In this document: in pieces, positions 14,400 through 27,979 of the stretch
How the letters are laid out: each line of letters opens with the position of its first letter
Numbering within the stretch: position 1 is the stretch's first letter
NCBI RefSeq assembly: GCF_036321535.1
Contig: NC_087438.1
Span: 5,582,001 to 5,646,000, forward strand
From: Camelus dromedarius
Taxonomy: Eukaryota
DNA: 64,000 nucleotides
Direction: 5' to 3'
The notes under the pieces: model-generated
The model's input: only the letters and a program-made list of their open reading frames with translations
Told to the model about the DNA's origin: nothing
Databases searched by the model: none
Translations under genes and position numbers: made by a program

Positions 14400-15150
14400 G
14401 GACTGATTAATTCATGAAACAAGTGCAGTATTGACTAAGTGATTTCTATGTACCAGGCATTGTTTTTGGCACTGGGATTCAGCAGTAAACAAAAAAGGCT
14501 AAAATACAACTTGGGCATTAAATTCTAGTGGAGAAAAGGAAATTCTAGTTGGGAGCGACTTAAGGGGAAGAGGCTTGCAGGCACTGAGTGAAGGACCTTG
14601 GTTTGAGGAGGAACAGAGGGATGACATGATACTGGCAGAGGGATGGGGAGTAAAGAGACAGTTACTTATTTTTTAAAGATGTGTGAGGCCAGAGCTGGAG
14701 ATGACCCGGTAGAGAAAATTGGTGAAGTGGGGGAGAGGGGGAGCATTGCCTGAGCAACGTCCTTAGTGAGGAAAGAGGGGATGGGTTCTCGCTCATGTGT
14801 GGACACACCACTTTAGGACAGTCCATCCGTGGCACCAGGATGGAGGGCGGAACATACAGGCAGAGTTGCACATGGTTTCTCCATGAAATGGACTGCAGGT
14901 CTTCAGCTGAGATAGGATCGGGAGGAAGTGTGGAAGTTTGAGGAAAGAGGAGGGAGGAGAGTAAGTAAGTGAACAGAAAAGAGAAAGTAGGAGAGGAGAC
15001 CAGGGAACTGAAAAGCAGTTCATGTGGAAAACTATCTTCACAGACGTTGAAGAGTGATGGCAGTGTTAGTGTCGGGAAGAATAAGGGTGAGTGATGGTGA
15101 GCCAGGAGACAAAATCCTCATGGGATGAACGGTGAGTCCAGGGATTGGTA
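14400..15150 (-). mobile_element. LINE-2 fragment
   Basis: tatgtaccaggcattgtttttggcactggg...cagtaaacaaaa is typical of the antisense L2 3' end. Confidence 0.6.
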
Positions 15151-15444
15151 AAAGATAGCAGCAGCGCAGGGTATGGGGTAGTTATTATTTTGATATATAT
15201 GAGAGTCAGATTTGGGGGAGCTAGGCAGGAGGGGAGGCGCGTGGTCTGGAAGCACAGGAATGAGCACCAAAGACCAAGTTGCAATTACCTTCAGTCCAGG
15301 CCCAGGGTGCGATCCCATGGCATAGACAAGGGTAGGGAGGTCTTGTCCCTTCTTTGAAAGCAAACAGAGATGATTGAGGGTTTGAGCACCTGCTGCAGCA
15401 TTATTCACTAGAATAGATAACTTAGAATATATAATGGTATTCAT

Positions 15445-15482
15445 TATATATGTGTGTGTGTGTGTATGTATGTGTGTGTGTG

Positions 15483-15533
<51 letters not shown>

Positions 15534-15559
15534 GAGACTAGATAGTCAGAGACAGAGAG

Positions 15560-15603
<44 letters not shown>

Positions 15604-15620
15604 ATAGAGGAAAGAGAGAA
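15445..15620. repeat. Compound microsatellite (TG)n-(TA)n-(GA)n-(CA)20
   Basis: Directly visible. Confidence 0.97.
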
Positions 15621-17460
15621 AATAAATAGTATATTTTCAATTTTCTTTGGTCACAGCATTCTTACCTGTATACAAAATTCATATTTAACCACAACGTATA
15701 GGCTCCTTATATAGTTTACTCTGAAATCCCCATCGTAGGAGATCAATAAATGCTTGCTGATTGGTTGATAGATGAAGAATCTAGGATCCAGTGGACAATT
15801 TAATGCTGTATAGCATCATGGATAGAGTGTAGCTAAATACGATTTTGAGGAAATTGGAGATTCATAGGATTACACTCTTGGAATGCAACCAGCAACTTGC
15901 AGGCTTTTCTAATATTTAAACCTTTTATAAAAATAGAATAGACTGTCTTACCTGATTGGGAACTTTTAAAAACTTCCCTGGAATGACCACTTTACTAAGG
16001 GCACTGGAAAGGGAGTCCAGGTAAGGAATGGGCCTGAACACTTCATTGTCCATGACAGGGTACATCAAAGTCAATCTTTCAAGGTCCTTGGCCTCTGTTC
16101 CTTCCATCATACATGTATCCTTGGAAGTCCAAGTGACCCCAGGGTCCTCTGTAGGCAAAACGTGTGATGAGTTCTCTCTATGGCTTATTTCTTGAATGTT
16201 GGTGTATACTGGACACTCTCCATCCCAGCACCTGCGGCGCATCCACCATGTCCCTACTCCTGCATGGACCATCCCCTAGTTCAGCAGGAGCCCACTGTAA
16301 GGAGGACTTCAGCCCAAATTCTGTGAATCTGAGATTCACCCACAGGTGGTGGAGGGCCCTTCCCAGATCCCACAAACTTCTTAACTCAAGACTGCCCCAG
16401 CCCTTTCAAATTACCACTCTGAATGAGGAGGCTTTGCCCGATGAAGACCTTTTCTACTTCATCCCTCATCCATGGCTTCTCCACCCATGGCTGGAAGGAC
16501 CTTTGTTTCAGACTCTTGGATGCCCACCTGAGGCTCTTCCTGTAATCTGGTTAGTGAGCCGTCCAGGTGGACTCAACTCAAGACTCCTGACCCAGGATGG
16601 CTAGTCATAGACAATTTCCCTCCTTTCAGGTATTCTCTGCCTTTAGGGACCCACCAAATACAAAGCCACCTCCCTGGAAGCAGAGGAAGACTCCAGCTTA
16701 AAGAGCCCAGGTCTTTCTGAATCACTGGGGTAATTCGGGGGCAGTTCTCACACCCCGTGGTGTGATACTTGCCTGTTCTATTTAGTTTAGGCTCGCTGTG
16801 TGGCCAGACTGTGAGCAGGGCCATCCAACCTGAAACATGTGCTTGGAGTGCCTGGCTTCGTGTGAGCCCAGGGGTGTGAGAGATGTTTAAGTTCCTTTAT
16901 TATCTGGAGGGTTCAGGGACTGTTGAACCCAATAGACGATGATAGAAGCCTCTTTTTTCGCCATTTGTTTATAGACTCGTCACAGCTTGGTGCTACAGAG
17001 GGTTACAGCTTTGATAATAAAAAAGTTAGAGAGTCTCTTTTTATTGAAGCTAAAGTTCACAAGACATTTATAGAAAATTCAGTGTCTTTTCAAATTGTGG
17101 CATAGTTGAGAATGACAATTTCTTCCTGCCTTCCAATGTATGCAGAAAATTAGAAATTAAACAATGAGTTATAGGAGAGAAAAGCATTCAGGAATATTCA
17201 GTCAAAAAAGACACAGTAAACCCAGTCTATTCTGCTGATTTTTTTCTGCTTGATTTTCAAGAACATTTCTCCATTTGGATTCTGGAAGAAGGGCTTTGTA
17301 GATGAGGTCACAATGTAGTAAGAAGTGCGTTGACCTGACACCAGGACACTATTAATTCCAGACTGACCCCACTACTAACTTACTGTGGGACTTTGTTCAC
17401 AAAACATCTATGTTTCTCTCCTTGCTTCCTATTCTGTGAAATAAGGACACTGTTCCAGAT

Positions 17461-17775
17461 TAGTGTGGTCCCATAGAAATACAATATTAGCCACATTTAA
17501 AATATTCTAGTTTCTACATTAAGAGAAGTAAAAATAAATAAGTAAAATTGACTTTAATAATATAGTTTGTTCAGCTCAGTATGTCCAAGACATTATCATT
17601 TTGGCATGCAATTAATTTAAAAATAACTATTAAGTGGATATTTTCTATTCTTTTGTTTGTACTAAGTGTTCAAAATCTGGTGGGTGTCTACACTTAGATT
17701 ACATCTCAGTTCAGATCAGCCGCATTTCTAGTGGTTAATGACCACATGTGGCTAGTGGCCGCCATATTGGATAGT
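17461..17775 (+). mobile_element. MER33-like hAT-Charlie DNA transposon, inside a MIR-like remnant
   Basis: Matches the recalled MER33 consensus from gtcccatagaaatacaatattagccaca to ccacatgtggctagtggccgccatattggatag. Confidence 0.85.
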
Positions 17776-17974
17776 TAAGGTAGTGTCTAGGGTCCTTTCT
17801 GGTCTTACATTATGACATCTAAGTCAATGCCTTTGAAGACACTGCTTTTGGTTTATCTTCTAAATTATTCTTTTTCAAACAAAGTACCAGGAGTTGTAAT
17901 GCCTGTAAAAGCAATTACAGTGGTTTACCACTCCTAAATATATACCAATCACTGGTCTTAGCGTTTAAATACAT

Positions 17975-18120
17975 TTACTTGTAATTCTCACGGTCCCACA
18001 AGAAGGTGGATAGTACCTACTACGCCCGTCTTAGAGATGACAAAGCTGAGGCACGGGGAGCCTTAGTAAATGGCCCAAGGTCACAACCAGAGGTGATGAA
18101 CTGAGATTTCATCTGCAGTG
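17975..18120. mobile_element. MIR SINE
   Basis: MIR core agatgacaaagctgaggcacgg...aaatggcccaaggtcaca. Confidence 0.7.
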
Positions 18121-20589
18121 TCAGCTGCAGAGACTGCATGAGGACCCTCCACAGTTCCAGCTTCTGAGTCTGCCGGCAGGAGGGGACCATGGAGCAGAAA
18201 GCGGACAGACATATCCCAGGGTAGAGTGCCATTAGTTATGTTACTTCTTTCTGGAGGCCTTGCTCTCAGGGAGGCTGACTAGTTCTATGCCTGCTGGGGT
18301 CCCCAGGGGCCATGTGGATCACCTGGACTGAAACCAAGGCATGGGAGTGCATTTTCTTTGTGCATCTCCTAAGTCTGTCACAAAGAGAGAACTTATGAGG
18401 ACAGGATTCCTGGAAGAGCACCCTCTCCTTATTTAAATATTTTCCTCCCTGTTGAAATTGAAATTGTCACTTCTGATGTCTCCTCTGCTCCTTGTCTCTG
18501 TAAAATTTGAACAGTTCCAGCCAGTGGAGAGGGAGAGTTTGTTCACTTGAAACTTACAATTTGAATGTTAATAGTTGCAAACGTGATGGACCTGAATTCC
18601 CCTGGGCAGTCTGATCAACAGTTCATAGCAAAGTCCCTTCATCAGGACAGTAAAAGTCCCCAGTGACCACAGTGCCCCTGCTGGTTTATTCTGTGTGTGT
18701 TGGAAGTATTACCTTTGGCAGCCTCTTATAGTTCATATGTTCCACTCCTGGGTTGTGAAGCCCGCAGTGTTTCTGAACCACTTGTGGAACTGACTACAGG
18801 GAAAGACTGGATTCAAAGTTTAGTTTCCACAGGGCAGAGGGCATAGGTCATAGGTCCTGGATTAGGCCATCTCTTGGTGTGACCTAGCTCTCCACAAAGG
18901 AGCTTAGAAAGTGGAAGGCTTGTTGGTCATATCCCATGAATTTGTTGAAAACTGGAGCTGGTAAAGTGTGAGTGGAGGTGAGAGGATATGAGTTCAAAAG
19001 GAGAGAGGGAAAAGGAATGAGAATGAAATAATAAGCAAATAACATTAATTAAAGTTACCATATAACGTTCCAAGCTAACATGCATACAAAATGTTGAGGA
19101 AACTGAGTTTAAAGAGATGTATTTAGCAAATTTACCATATTTATCATATTTAAAGAGGTTATTTACCAAAGATCACAGAGGCTAAAATCTCTTTAAATTT
19201 TCCACCCTTGATTGGAAACCTTCTACCTCTGGCTTCCCCCTGTGCTAGGGGCCCGGCCCAGCCCAGAGCATCCATCAGGGAGGCATGTGGTCATTCCAGC
19301 ATCACCTCTTCCTCTTCTCTGCCTCGGTGCAGCGTGCTGCCTTCATAACACGCAGCACATGGGGGTGGATACACAGTGCTCCCTCAGTGCACCCTGAGGG
19401 TCAGGAGCGTCTGTAAGCCCTGTGGGACTTGCTATCCTGAGTGTCAGGATCTCACCCAGGCTCATTTTAGGGACCCGATAAAGAAGTCTGACACCACAGA
19501 CAAGATGAATACGTACAAGGAAAAACACTATCTGGGTAAACTTCAGAAGCCTAAGGAAGGTCTCTTGGCTTCAATCATCCTTATCAATCCTGGGAAAGAG
19601 AAGGGTAAGAACCGTTTTGATAATGACACATTTTTATCTTTGAACATTTCCATTTCATCTCATGTTTTAGAGGAAGTATAAAACTACACAGTTAAAAAGC
19701 ATATAAAATTCCACAAATAATGTTGACTCTTTTAAAAACAAATTTTAACTGTAATTACATTGGGTTTAATTTTTTAAATGTTGCCAAATAAATTAGGTCA
19801 AAACGTTGTTTATGACTATAAATTATCTTCTGAGTAAGCCCCATGTGACTTATTTTGGGGGTATGTGTATGTAGCGGCCTGGTAGAGAATGTTCTAGATT
19901 ACTTTTCCTGCTTCCAATTATAATTTGTGAAGATATTCATGTCATTGAGTCTAAACAGATCATTTTGTGTAGTAATACATAATTTTATGCAAGAGTTTCT
20001 AGATGAACACATGCTATTATCATAATTGTTCCTATTTTATAATATACTTGTTAAAATAATATTGTTCCTAAAAGTGTTGGCTTCAACAAAATAAAAATAC
20101 AGCTATATGTAGAAAAAGATTTAGGATAAAAATAGTGACAACTTTCAGTAAGCTAATAATATGCTTGCTCAGGTTAGTATTATGAATTAATTTTTGTGGT
20201 ATTATTCAATAGAATGATAGTCTCACCTTACATGTCAGTTTGTGGCAGAATATTTGTGACCTTAATTTAAGAATGAAAGGGATTTTCACACTGATCTATC
20301 CATATTCACCTTCATAACCCCTTAATCTCAATCTCAATTTCACGTAAAGGTTCAGATGGATTGATTTAATTTCATATTTCTTATTATTTTTATATAAAAA
20401 TAAGTTATTTTGATTTTTAGTTCATGCAAACAAAAACAAGTTGAAGATTTCATTTCATTTATTACCTAAACACATGATCAAATCAAGGATTTTAAGTTCA
20501 AACCAATATATTTTAGTTAGGCTCCATAGGCTGTCATATTTTAACAAAAATAATTAAGATAATATATAAGAAATTAATTTTAAATTTAT

Positions 20590-20800
20590 ATTGGAAGTTT
20601 GGGATTGGCAGATACAAAATACTATGTATAAACTGATAAACAGTAAGGTCCTACTGTATAGTTTAGGGAGCTATATTCAATGGCTTGTAATAACCTGTAA
20701 TAAGAATTTAAGAAGGAATATATATGCATAATTGAATCATTATGCTGTACACAAGAAAGTAATACAACATTGGAAATCAACTACATTTCAATAAAAATTT
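20590..20800 (+). mobile_element. L1 3' UTR fragment (cetartiodactyl type)
   Basis: gggattggcagatacaaaatactatgtataaa...aaggtcctactgtatag...caactacatttcaataaaa. Confidence 0.85.
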
Positions 20801-21064
20801 CAAATGTCTAAAAATATCTCAATGGTCACCTGATAACTTTCCTGAAATTTCTATTTGGTTACAGGTAGGATATGCTTACAGGTGAATTTTGATAATTTTA
20901 GATATCTCCTGTTATGATTAACACCATAAATTACATGCATGTTTCCAGCTTTCATTTATTTATGTTTTTTAAAAATCTTGAGACCGTTACAGATGAGCTA
21001 GTCTAATTCAACAATAGGGTTTATTGAGTAAGTATTAGGTCTTGACACATTAATTATATTGTCC

Positions 21065-21192
21065 TGTAGAATCTTAGCTCCATGAGAAGAGCTGTCTCTG
21101 CTGACTGCTCACTGATGTATCCCATGTGCCGAGAATAGTGCTGGGGACACGGTAGCCCTCAATAGATGTCTGTTGAATGGATGAATGAATGA
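21065..21192 (+). mobile_element. LINE-2 3' end
   Basis: Ends in gttgaatggatgaatgaatga, the L2 tail. Confidence 0.75.
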
Positions 21193-23599
21193 CTGTGCTG
21201 GAGAAGCATCTAGGCTCTAAGGCACATGGGCATTTCCCTTCCTTCTCTCTCTGTACAGTCCTGATTCATAGCCACAACCCCCAAAATTTCAAGTCAACCT
21301 CTCTCACTTTCTCACAAATCAATGAAACTAATGCTATGTTCTTATTCTCATTTTAATGACATGTCATATGGAAACCCAAGTTAAGTGAAATATCCCTCAA
21401 GTCAGAATTCCATTCTTTTCACTAGTAGAACTGTATTATAAAAATATTATTCAATCATTATTATACTATTTTTAATTTCATTGATAGAAATTTGTAAAAA
21501 GTTTTACTGTTCTGTAAGCACTTACAGAATATCCTTAGTTTTGCCTCTTGGCCTGTTAAACCTAAAACATTCAAAGTTTAGGAGCAGATTCATCATTCTA
21601 AGTGCTTACATTCAAAAAGAAATATTTCAGAACAATAATTCAAGTTTCCACCTTAAAAAGCTTGAAAAAGAAGAACAAATTAATACCAAATGTACTACAA
21701 AGATGGAAAGATCAGAATTTATGAACAAATACAGTATTCAAGACTGGTGGTGAATAAAAAGAAATAAATAGATTCATGCTTCCACAACTGTGAAAAATGT
21801 AGCCATGTTGTAAACGCCAACTAATAACAAACAGTTCTTAAGAATGTCAAAACACATGTAAAAAATGAGTAACTTAGACTTAAAATTCCAGATGATTTCT
21901 TTAACACATGAGGAGTGAGAAGAAATTGATGGATATAAGTATGTAACTGATTTATCCTTTCCAAGTCCGGGAGATCTCACACAGGGTTAAGTAAAAAGTA
22001 TGTCTAAATGTTTTTGTTAAACATTTAAGTGAGTCGAATAGAAGAATATAAAGGGTTATATATTAGTTTTCATCATAAATTTGAATGGGTATATTTCTTC
22101 CCAGTTTAGTTGAAATAAATATTCAGCTAAAAGCGATTTAGAAGGATGCATACAAAAAAAAAAATAAAACAATGACGCACTGTATGCTGAATTTATTAGA
22201 AGCACTAGACCGACTTTTGCATGGATCATCTCATCTCATCCTCAGAACGACAGTATGAGCCGAGTAGGTTACTGAACCACAGCTTGACTCCAGAGACAAC
22301 ACTGTGAACAGTTATACTATATAAAAATGAAACGTAAGCGTATGATAAAAAGATCTATCAGGAATCAGTTAATAAAAAGATAGCAAGCCTGGCAGGTGTA
22401 AAGTCAGAATTTCAGCTGAAAAGCATTAAATGGGACAAATGGAGACAAAAATTACAGTCCATGAAGAACACAGCCTACCCCTGCTATAAAGACTCTTACC
22501 TGTGCGAAACCAACTTTATGTGACTTATGTGCAGAAATCTACAATCCAACATGAATATAACCCTCAGTATTCAGGATTCAAAGGAATCATTTGCAAAAAA
22601 TCCGAAGTGTAAATACAATGAGCAGTTTTGATCTAATGGACACACACATAACATTTACCACAGCAAGGGATTAATATCAATAATGTATGATGAATCCCTA
22701 ATACACAATAAAAATAGACAAATGACCGTGCAGAAAAATGTTCAGAATATAAATAAGCATGACAACAAAAGAAGCTGAAATGAGACAATCTTATCTCATA
22801 GTCAGGGAAGCAAATCATAAAATCAATTATATATGTATATATGATTTATATACAATATTATATTAGTCTATCACATTGGTAAAAATAGAAAAATACAGCA
22901 ATGCAGAAATGAGCACTTCCATTTTTTAACAGCTTGTCACAGACCATTTAACGAACAATTCAGTAGTGCTTATCAGATGTTAAGGGCGCGTGTTCTGGGA
23001 CCAGCACCTCCACTTTCAGCCTCCCTCACACGGAAGGGATAAGCCATGAGCCCTAACACAGGTGGACAAAAAGTCCTCTGGAACCTGGTTTGTGCTAGTG
23101 ACAAGCTGGAAACAACCTGGATGTTTGTCAATAGGCGATGGCTATTTCGAGTACGTGTGCATGAATTATGTTACACTATACAGATTTTAACGGGAACGCA
23201 CTACTTTTAGCTGAATGCACTACTTTGAAAAGAAGGCAGTCATTTTGTTAAATTAGATGTAAACAGAGAAATTTGCAAGAAGGGGTAGAGAAGAAATTTC
23301 TCTCTCTATGTTTACATACTATAGATTAGCCTGGAAAGATAGACACTGTTAAGAATGATTCCTTTTCGGGGGGTGATTACAATTCCCCAACTGAGTGAAG
23401 CAGGGAGAGTGAAGGAGAAGGATTCTGTTTTAAATTCTGAATGGTTCTCTTGTTTTACAAATAGCATGACATCATATATTACTTTTGCAAATAAAATAAA
23501 CATGAGTATACCCCAAAACCAGTAAAATATTTCTTGAGCAGGTTAAATTGTTTTATGTTAACATTTGATTTTGCAGTTTTCAAGAAAACGTATTTTCAA

Positions 23600-23696
23600 A
23601 ATGTGAAAACAAATATATGTATGGATAGGGTGACTGGGACATTGTGCTGTACACCAGAAATCGACACATTGTAACTGACTGTACTTCAGTTAAAAA
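23600..23696 (+). mobile_element. Very short lineage-specific L1 3' tail
   Basis: gtgctgtacaccagaaatcgacacattgtaactgactgtacttcag plus A-tail. Degenerate 18-bp TSD aagaaaacgtattttcaa (23582-23599) vs aagaaaatatattctcaa (23697-23714), 15/18 identical. Confidence 0.85.
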
Positions 23697-24249
23697 AAGA
23701 AAATATATTCTCAATATTAATTTGTGAAGACTTTGACAATTTTAGGAATTTTAAAATCGATTTCACCACTGAAAGTTTTCCAGTGAGGTTTTTAATACTC
23801 TTGGCTACTGGATTATTATCTACTTTGTACTTTTGAGGATTTATTTTCAATTTTACTAGATAAGGCACTCTCCCGTTTTTTAACGATGTGTCTGGCAACA
23901 AATTTGTGGAGTGAGATGTCATGGTAACAAGATAAAGACTCCAGCAGGGGAAAGGTGAAGGCAGAGTTCATCCTGTGTTTTTCTGTTGTTGTTGACATAC
24001 TGAGAACCGAATTAACCTTGGAAAATAAAGCAGCTTCAACGGGCGGTTTGCCCTGGGTCTGTTTTAGGTACTTCCACAAGGAGGGCGGAAAGACTGACTG
24101 GTAACATCCTTGCCTATGTTATAAGACCTTCTCCAGAATGGTGCTTCCCACACCACAAAGCAGAGATCGTGGTCCTTTAATAACCTCCTGATAACCAGAT
24201 CCTCTCTCGTGTTTGCTTCCTGAGGTCACCAACCCAGGGACCTGGCATG

Positions 24250-25630
24250 GTTTCAATATCCTCAGCTTCAAACACCGGCCCCGCAGCGTCCTCGTCCACG
24301 CACCTGTGACCAGCACCGCGGCCTGTGACCACTCGGATCGGGTGGTGAGCGCCATTTGTCACCCACGTACGTGCTCACTCATACCCGTGGTGAGGACCTC
24401 CACCCACCCTGCAGACACCCAGCTCCGAGTCCGGGAACAGACATTCGGTCCCAGGCCAGGAGACAGACAGGTGGACGGTTAGCACCTCCGCCTGGGTGGT
24501 CCCACGACCCGCTGGGGGACATTACACGTCACACTGAAGCGGAAAAGCCATCGCCCCGCCCACAGCCGAGCGCAGCCGCCACCAAGGGACCCGCCTGTGA
24601 GAGGCCCCGGAAAGCAAGTCAGAGGCAAGGGTGCCCCTGCCGGCATTGTCTGCGGCGCCCCAGAAGCCAGCGCAGGTGCGACTTTGCTCAGGCCCCCTCT
24701 GTGGGGCTCTGCGGGACAGAGGACCCCTCCGGGGCCTGACCGCCCCCAGGCTCCGGGGCTCGGCTGGTGACACTGCCCTGTGGAGGCCGGCCTCCTCCGG
24801 CTCACGGGGGTGCCGTCCCGGATCCAATTTATTTCACTCCACCTGTGTGCCAGGGTTTTCCTTCAGCTTGTCCCCTGTGCTGACGGAGACTCGTGTTTTT
24901 CATAATTAGTCCCCCCGGGGTGTCTCTTTCTATTTTATTCTCCCAATTTATTGCTCTCCGTGGCCCGACATCATGCAGCCGCGTGCAGAAGCAGCGTCCC
25001 TTCCAGACGGGGACCACGGCGGGGACCTGCTCGCAGGGCTGCCGCTGAGGAGGAGAAGGTGGGAAAGTGGGAGGAGGAGCGGGAGGCCTCTGGGGGCTGC
25101 AGGTTGGGCCAGGGGTGGGCCAGGGCCCTGGTGTCCCTGTAAAGAGCTATCCCTCTGCAGGGTCACGCGGAGCTCTCTAACTTGCAGTGCAGCGGACTCT
25201 CAGAACGCAAAGCAGGGGTAACAGCTTAATGTGAGACTGATTAACTTAAACCACTTCAAAGGTGGATACGTTGAGTTGGGGTGAGGAAGGCAGGGGGCAA
25301 AGGGCGGTGAGGGCAGGAGAGGCGCTCAGGGGTCACGTGGGAGGCTTGATGGTGGCGGGTGGGCAGCTGGGCAGCAGCCGCGTGGAGCCGCCCCCGGGGC
25401 AGCAGCGCCGTCAGTGAGCTCCGGTTCCAGGTAGAGCGCCTGGTCCGTCTCTACCAGCCGCCCCCGGGGCAATGCCCAGCCCTGTGCTGTTCCCTCTGCT
25501 TCCTCCGGTGGGTGAGATCGGAGCCGGGCAGGGGTCCAGAAAACTGCGGTTCGGCACGCGTGTCTGCAGGGAAACAGCCTGTGAATACGATCTGTCTTCT
25601 AAACAGGAGGGCGAATCTGAGCGGATAAAG
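24250..25630. promoter_or_regulatory. CpG island, candidate promoter
   Basis: About 1.4 kb, GC-rich and CpG-rich in a CpG-depleted window. Contains GC boxes and the E-box gtcacgtg near 25332. Confidence 0.8.
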
Positions 25631-26925
25631 CCATTGCTGTATTACAGGCGGCTTCAGCCATTTGTATTTCCAGTTCTGCCTTTAATAAGTTGTGATCTGC
25701 ATTGGCTCAAAGGTTTCAAGAAAATGATTTGAAAAGTCACTTACCTAAATATTATTTTGTAATTCATATAAAAATAGCGTAACTCATTTCGCACTTTAGA
25801 AATTAAACAATTTTTTGCTAAAAATTGTCTTCTTAAAGCTTGTGTACCGACCTACCCTTATTTCCAGCCCATCTAGAAACAAGGACTATAATGACTAAAA
25901 CTTTCCAGGGAAGTCTGGGTACCTGCAGTCCTTCACCTATGTCTCAAAAACGTCCTGGCTCTGACCTTTGACTATAAAATAAAACTGCTTTATAATAAGG
26001 AGAGGAAAAAAAAAAAAAAAACCCTCCTGGGCCTTAGCCGTGCTCACAGTGTCCCGCTATGAAGACCTGATGGAGGAGACTCCTGTGTGCTCACAAGTGC
26101 CTGCACTTGTGTAGATCATATCTGGGAGGACACCCCAGAAGCCTGTTCCAGTCATGTGGCTTCTGGTAGGTTACCCTAAGGAATGGGTGGTAGAGCCTTA
26201 ATTTTCACTATTCGTCTTTTAATTTCATTGAAATTCTGCGCTACTGAAATTTTATTTCTTTGAAATGCACACATGTGCATTACTTAGTCAAAAAAATGAA
26301 AACAGGAGCTTGAGAACATAATATAGAAATAGGAGGAGTGTCATATTGGCCAGCTGCTATAACTAAAGACAAACACTAGAGAAAGGCACTTGCATAAGAG
26401 AAGATTTTCACCGTGGTCATGTATGTACAGAGAATCCACAAAGGAAGTAATGTTTCAGTTACCGCTATTCTGTCTTGGTTACCTGCAACCATGGTAAGTT
26501 AAAAGGTATTTAGTGCAGATTCCTTCAGGTTACCCATTAAAAAATGTGAATGATTTTCTTTTTTTTTTTTTTTGTTCTCAGTGTATTAAAACACCCTTGA
26601 TATATGCATAAGTAACTGACAGAGCTAAGGGAATTTTTTTCCTCTAAACACTTCAAATCAAATTTATCTTTGGCTAGAAAACAGCTAGAGAAATTTTAAG
26701 CTAAATTTTTTTTCCCTAAGAAGTTAGAAGTGGCTAAGAACAAGACTTTAGCATGAAAGTAATTTCTCAACCATAGCTAATGGTATTCTGCAAATCTTCC
26801 ATGCAGTTCGGAAGTAAACTGCAGACAGAAAATTAGGCTAGAGAATAGCCCAGAGGAGGAAATGGGCCATTTTTAGTACAATATGGCTTTCTCATTCTAA
26901 CCCAATATTTCAGATTTATTTACTG

Positions 26926-26985
26926 ATATATATATATACATACACACACACACGTATACACACACACATACACACACACTCACAT
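26926..26985. repeat. (TA)n/(CA)n microsatellite
   Basis: Directly visible. Confidence 0.9.
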
Positions 26986-27979
26986 AAACCTCTTTCCCCT
27001 CCAGAGTTGAAATATACTTTAAAAAATTCTAAATAACTCAGAAAAAAAGTTACAGCCTTAAGCAACATTCCCAAATTCTCAGCTTCCCCTATGCTTTTCC
27101 ACTGAATGCTATCGCATATAGATCTACCAGCTGCCTTGTACTAGGTTTCATGGTACACATGTATAAAAAAAATGCTTCTTAATCCGTCTCTTAAGTAAGA
27201 CCGTTTAAGATGTTTCCAATTTTTGCTGTGGTGTATTGCAACAAAATAATTGTATACACATCTTTGGGCACATTTATACTAAGGTAAGTGCATTTTTATG
27301 TTGGGTTAATATTTCTCTCTACCTGTTGTCCTAATGAAAATTTTTCCAATTGTGACTGCCTGTGTAAAGAATCAGCTCATACTTCAAGCATATTATTTAG
27401 ACTAAATATGTTTGAGTATATAGAACATACAGATTTAAGAATATTTTAGACTATACAAATTTAAGAGTATTCAATTTTTTTTATTAGTGCTAAATAGCCT
27501 TCAGGTCCTAGATGCAAATTGTAATTCCTTGCTACTTGGTGAGTACTTTCAGAACCACACATTTGGACATTTTTTGTTTTCTTAAAGAAAAGAAAGGAAG
27601 AATATAGTCGCCATTTCTTGGGATGACACTCTGTTGCTTGTCTTGTGCTTTTGCTATGTAAGAGGAAGGATTTAGCGCATCCATTAATTTGGCTGTTCCT
27701 TTATTTCGGTGCTGCTAATGTTCAAAGCCACACTGTCCTCCAAAGCTGAGTCCATTTCTAGCCCTGCCAGCAGCACAAACCACACAACTCCATGGAATTC
27801 AGACAATGGTCCCTCTGTTTCAAGGAAATAAGGTAAGTGGAGAGGTGTTTACCTGGGGTCTGATTGATGTTGGTTGTAAAACCAGAAGCTTAGAGTCCTG
27901 TTCTTGTTGGACCAGGAAAAACTAGGAAACCTTGAGTGAAAGATGTTTATTTGGTTTTTCTTTTTTTTTTTTTTTTTAG

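Noticed and set aside
24119..25732. Many overlapping 60-127 aa ORFs
   Set aside because: Expected in GC-rich DNA with few stop codons; no recognisable domain.
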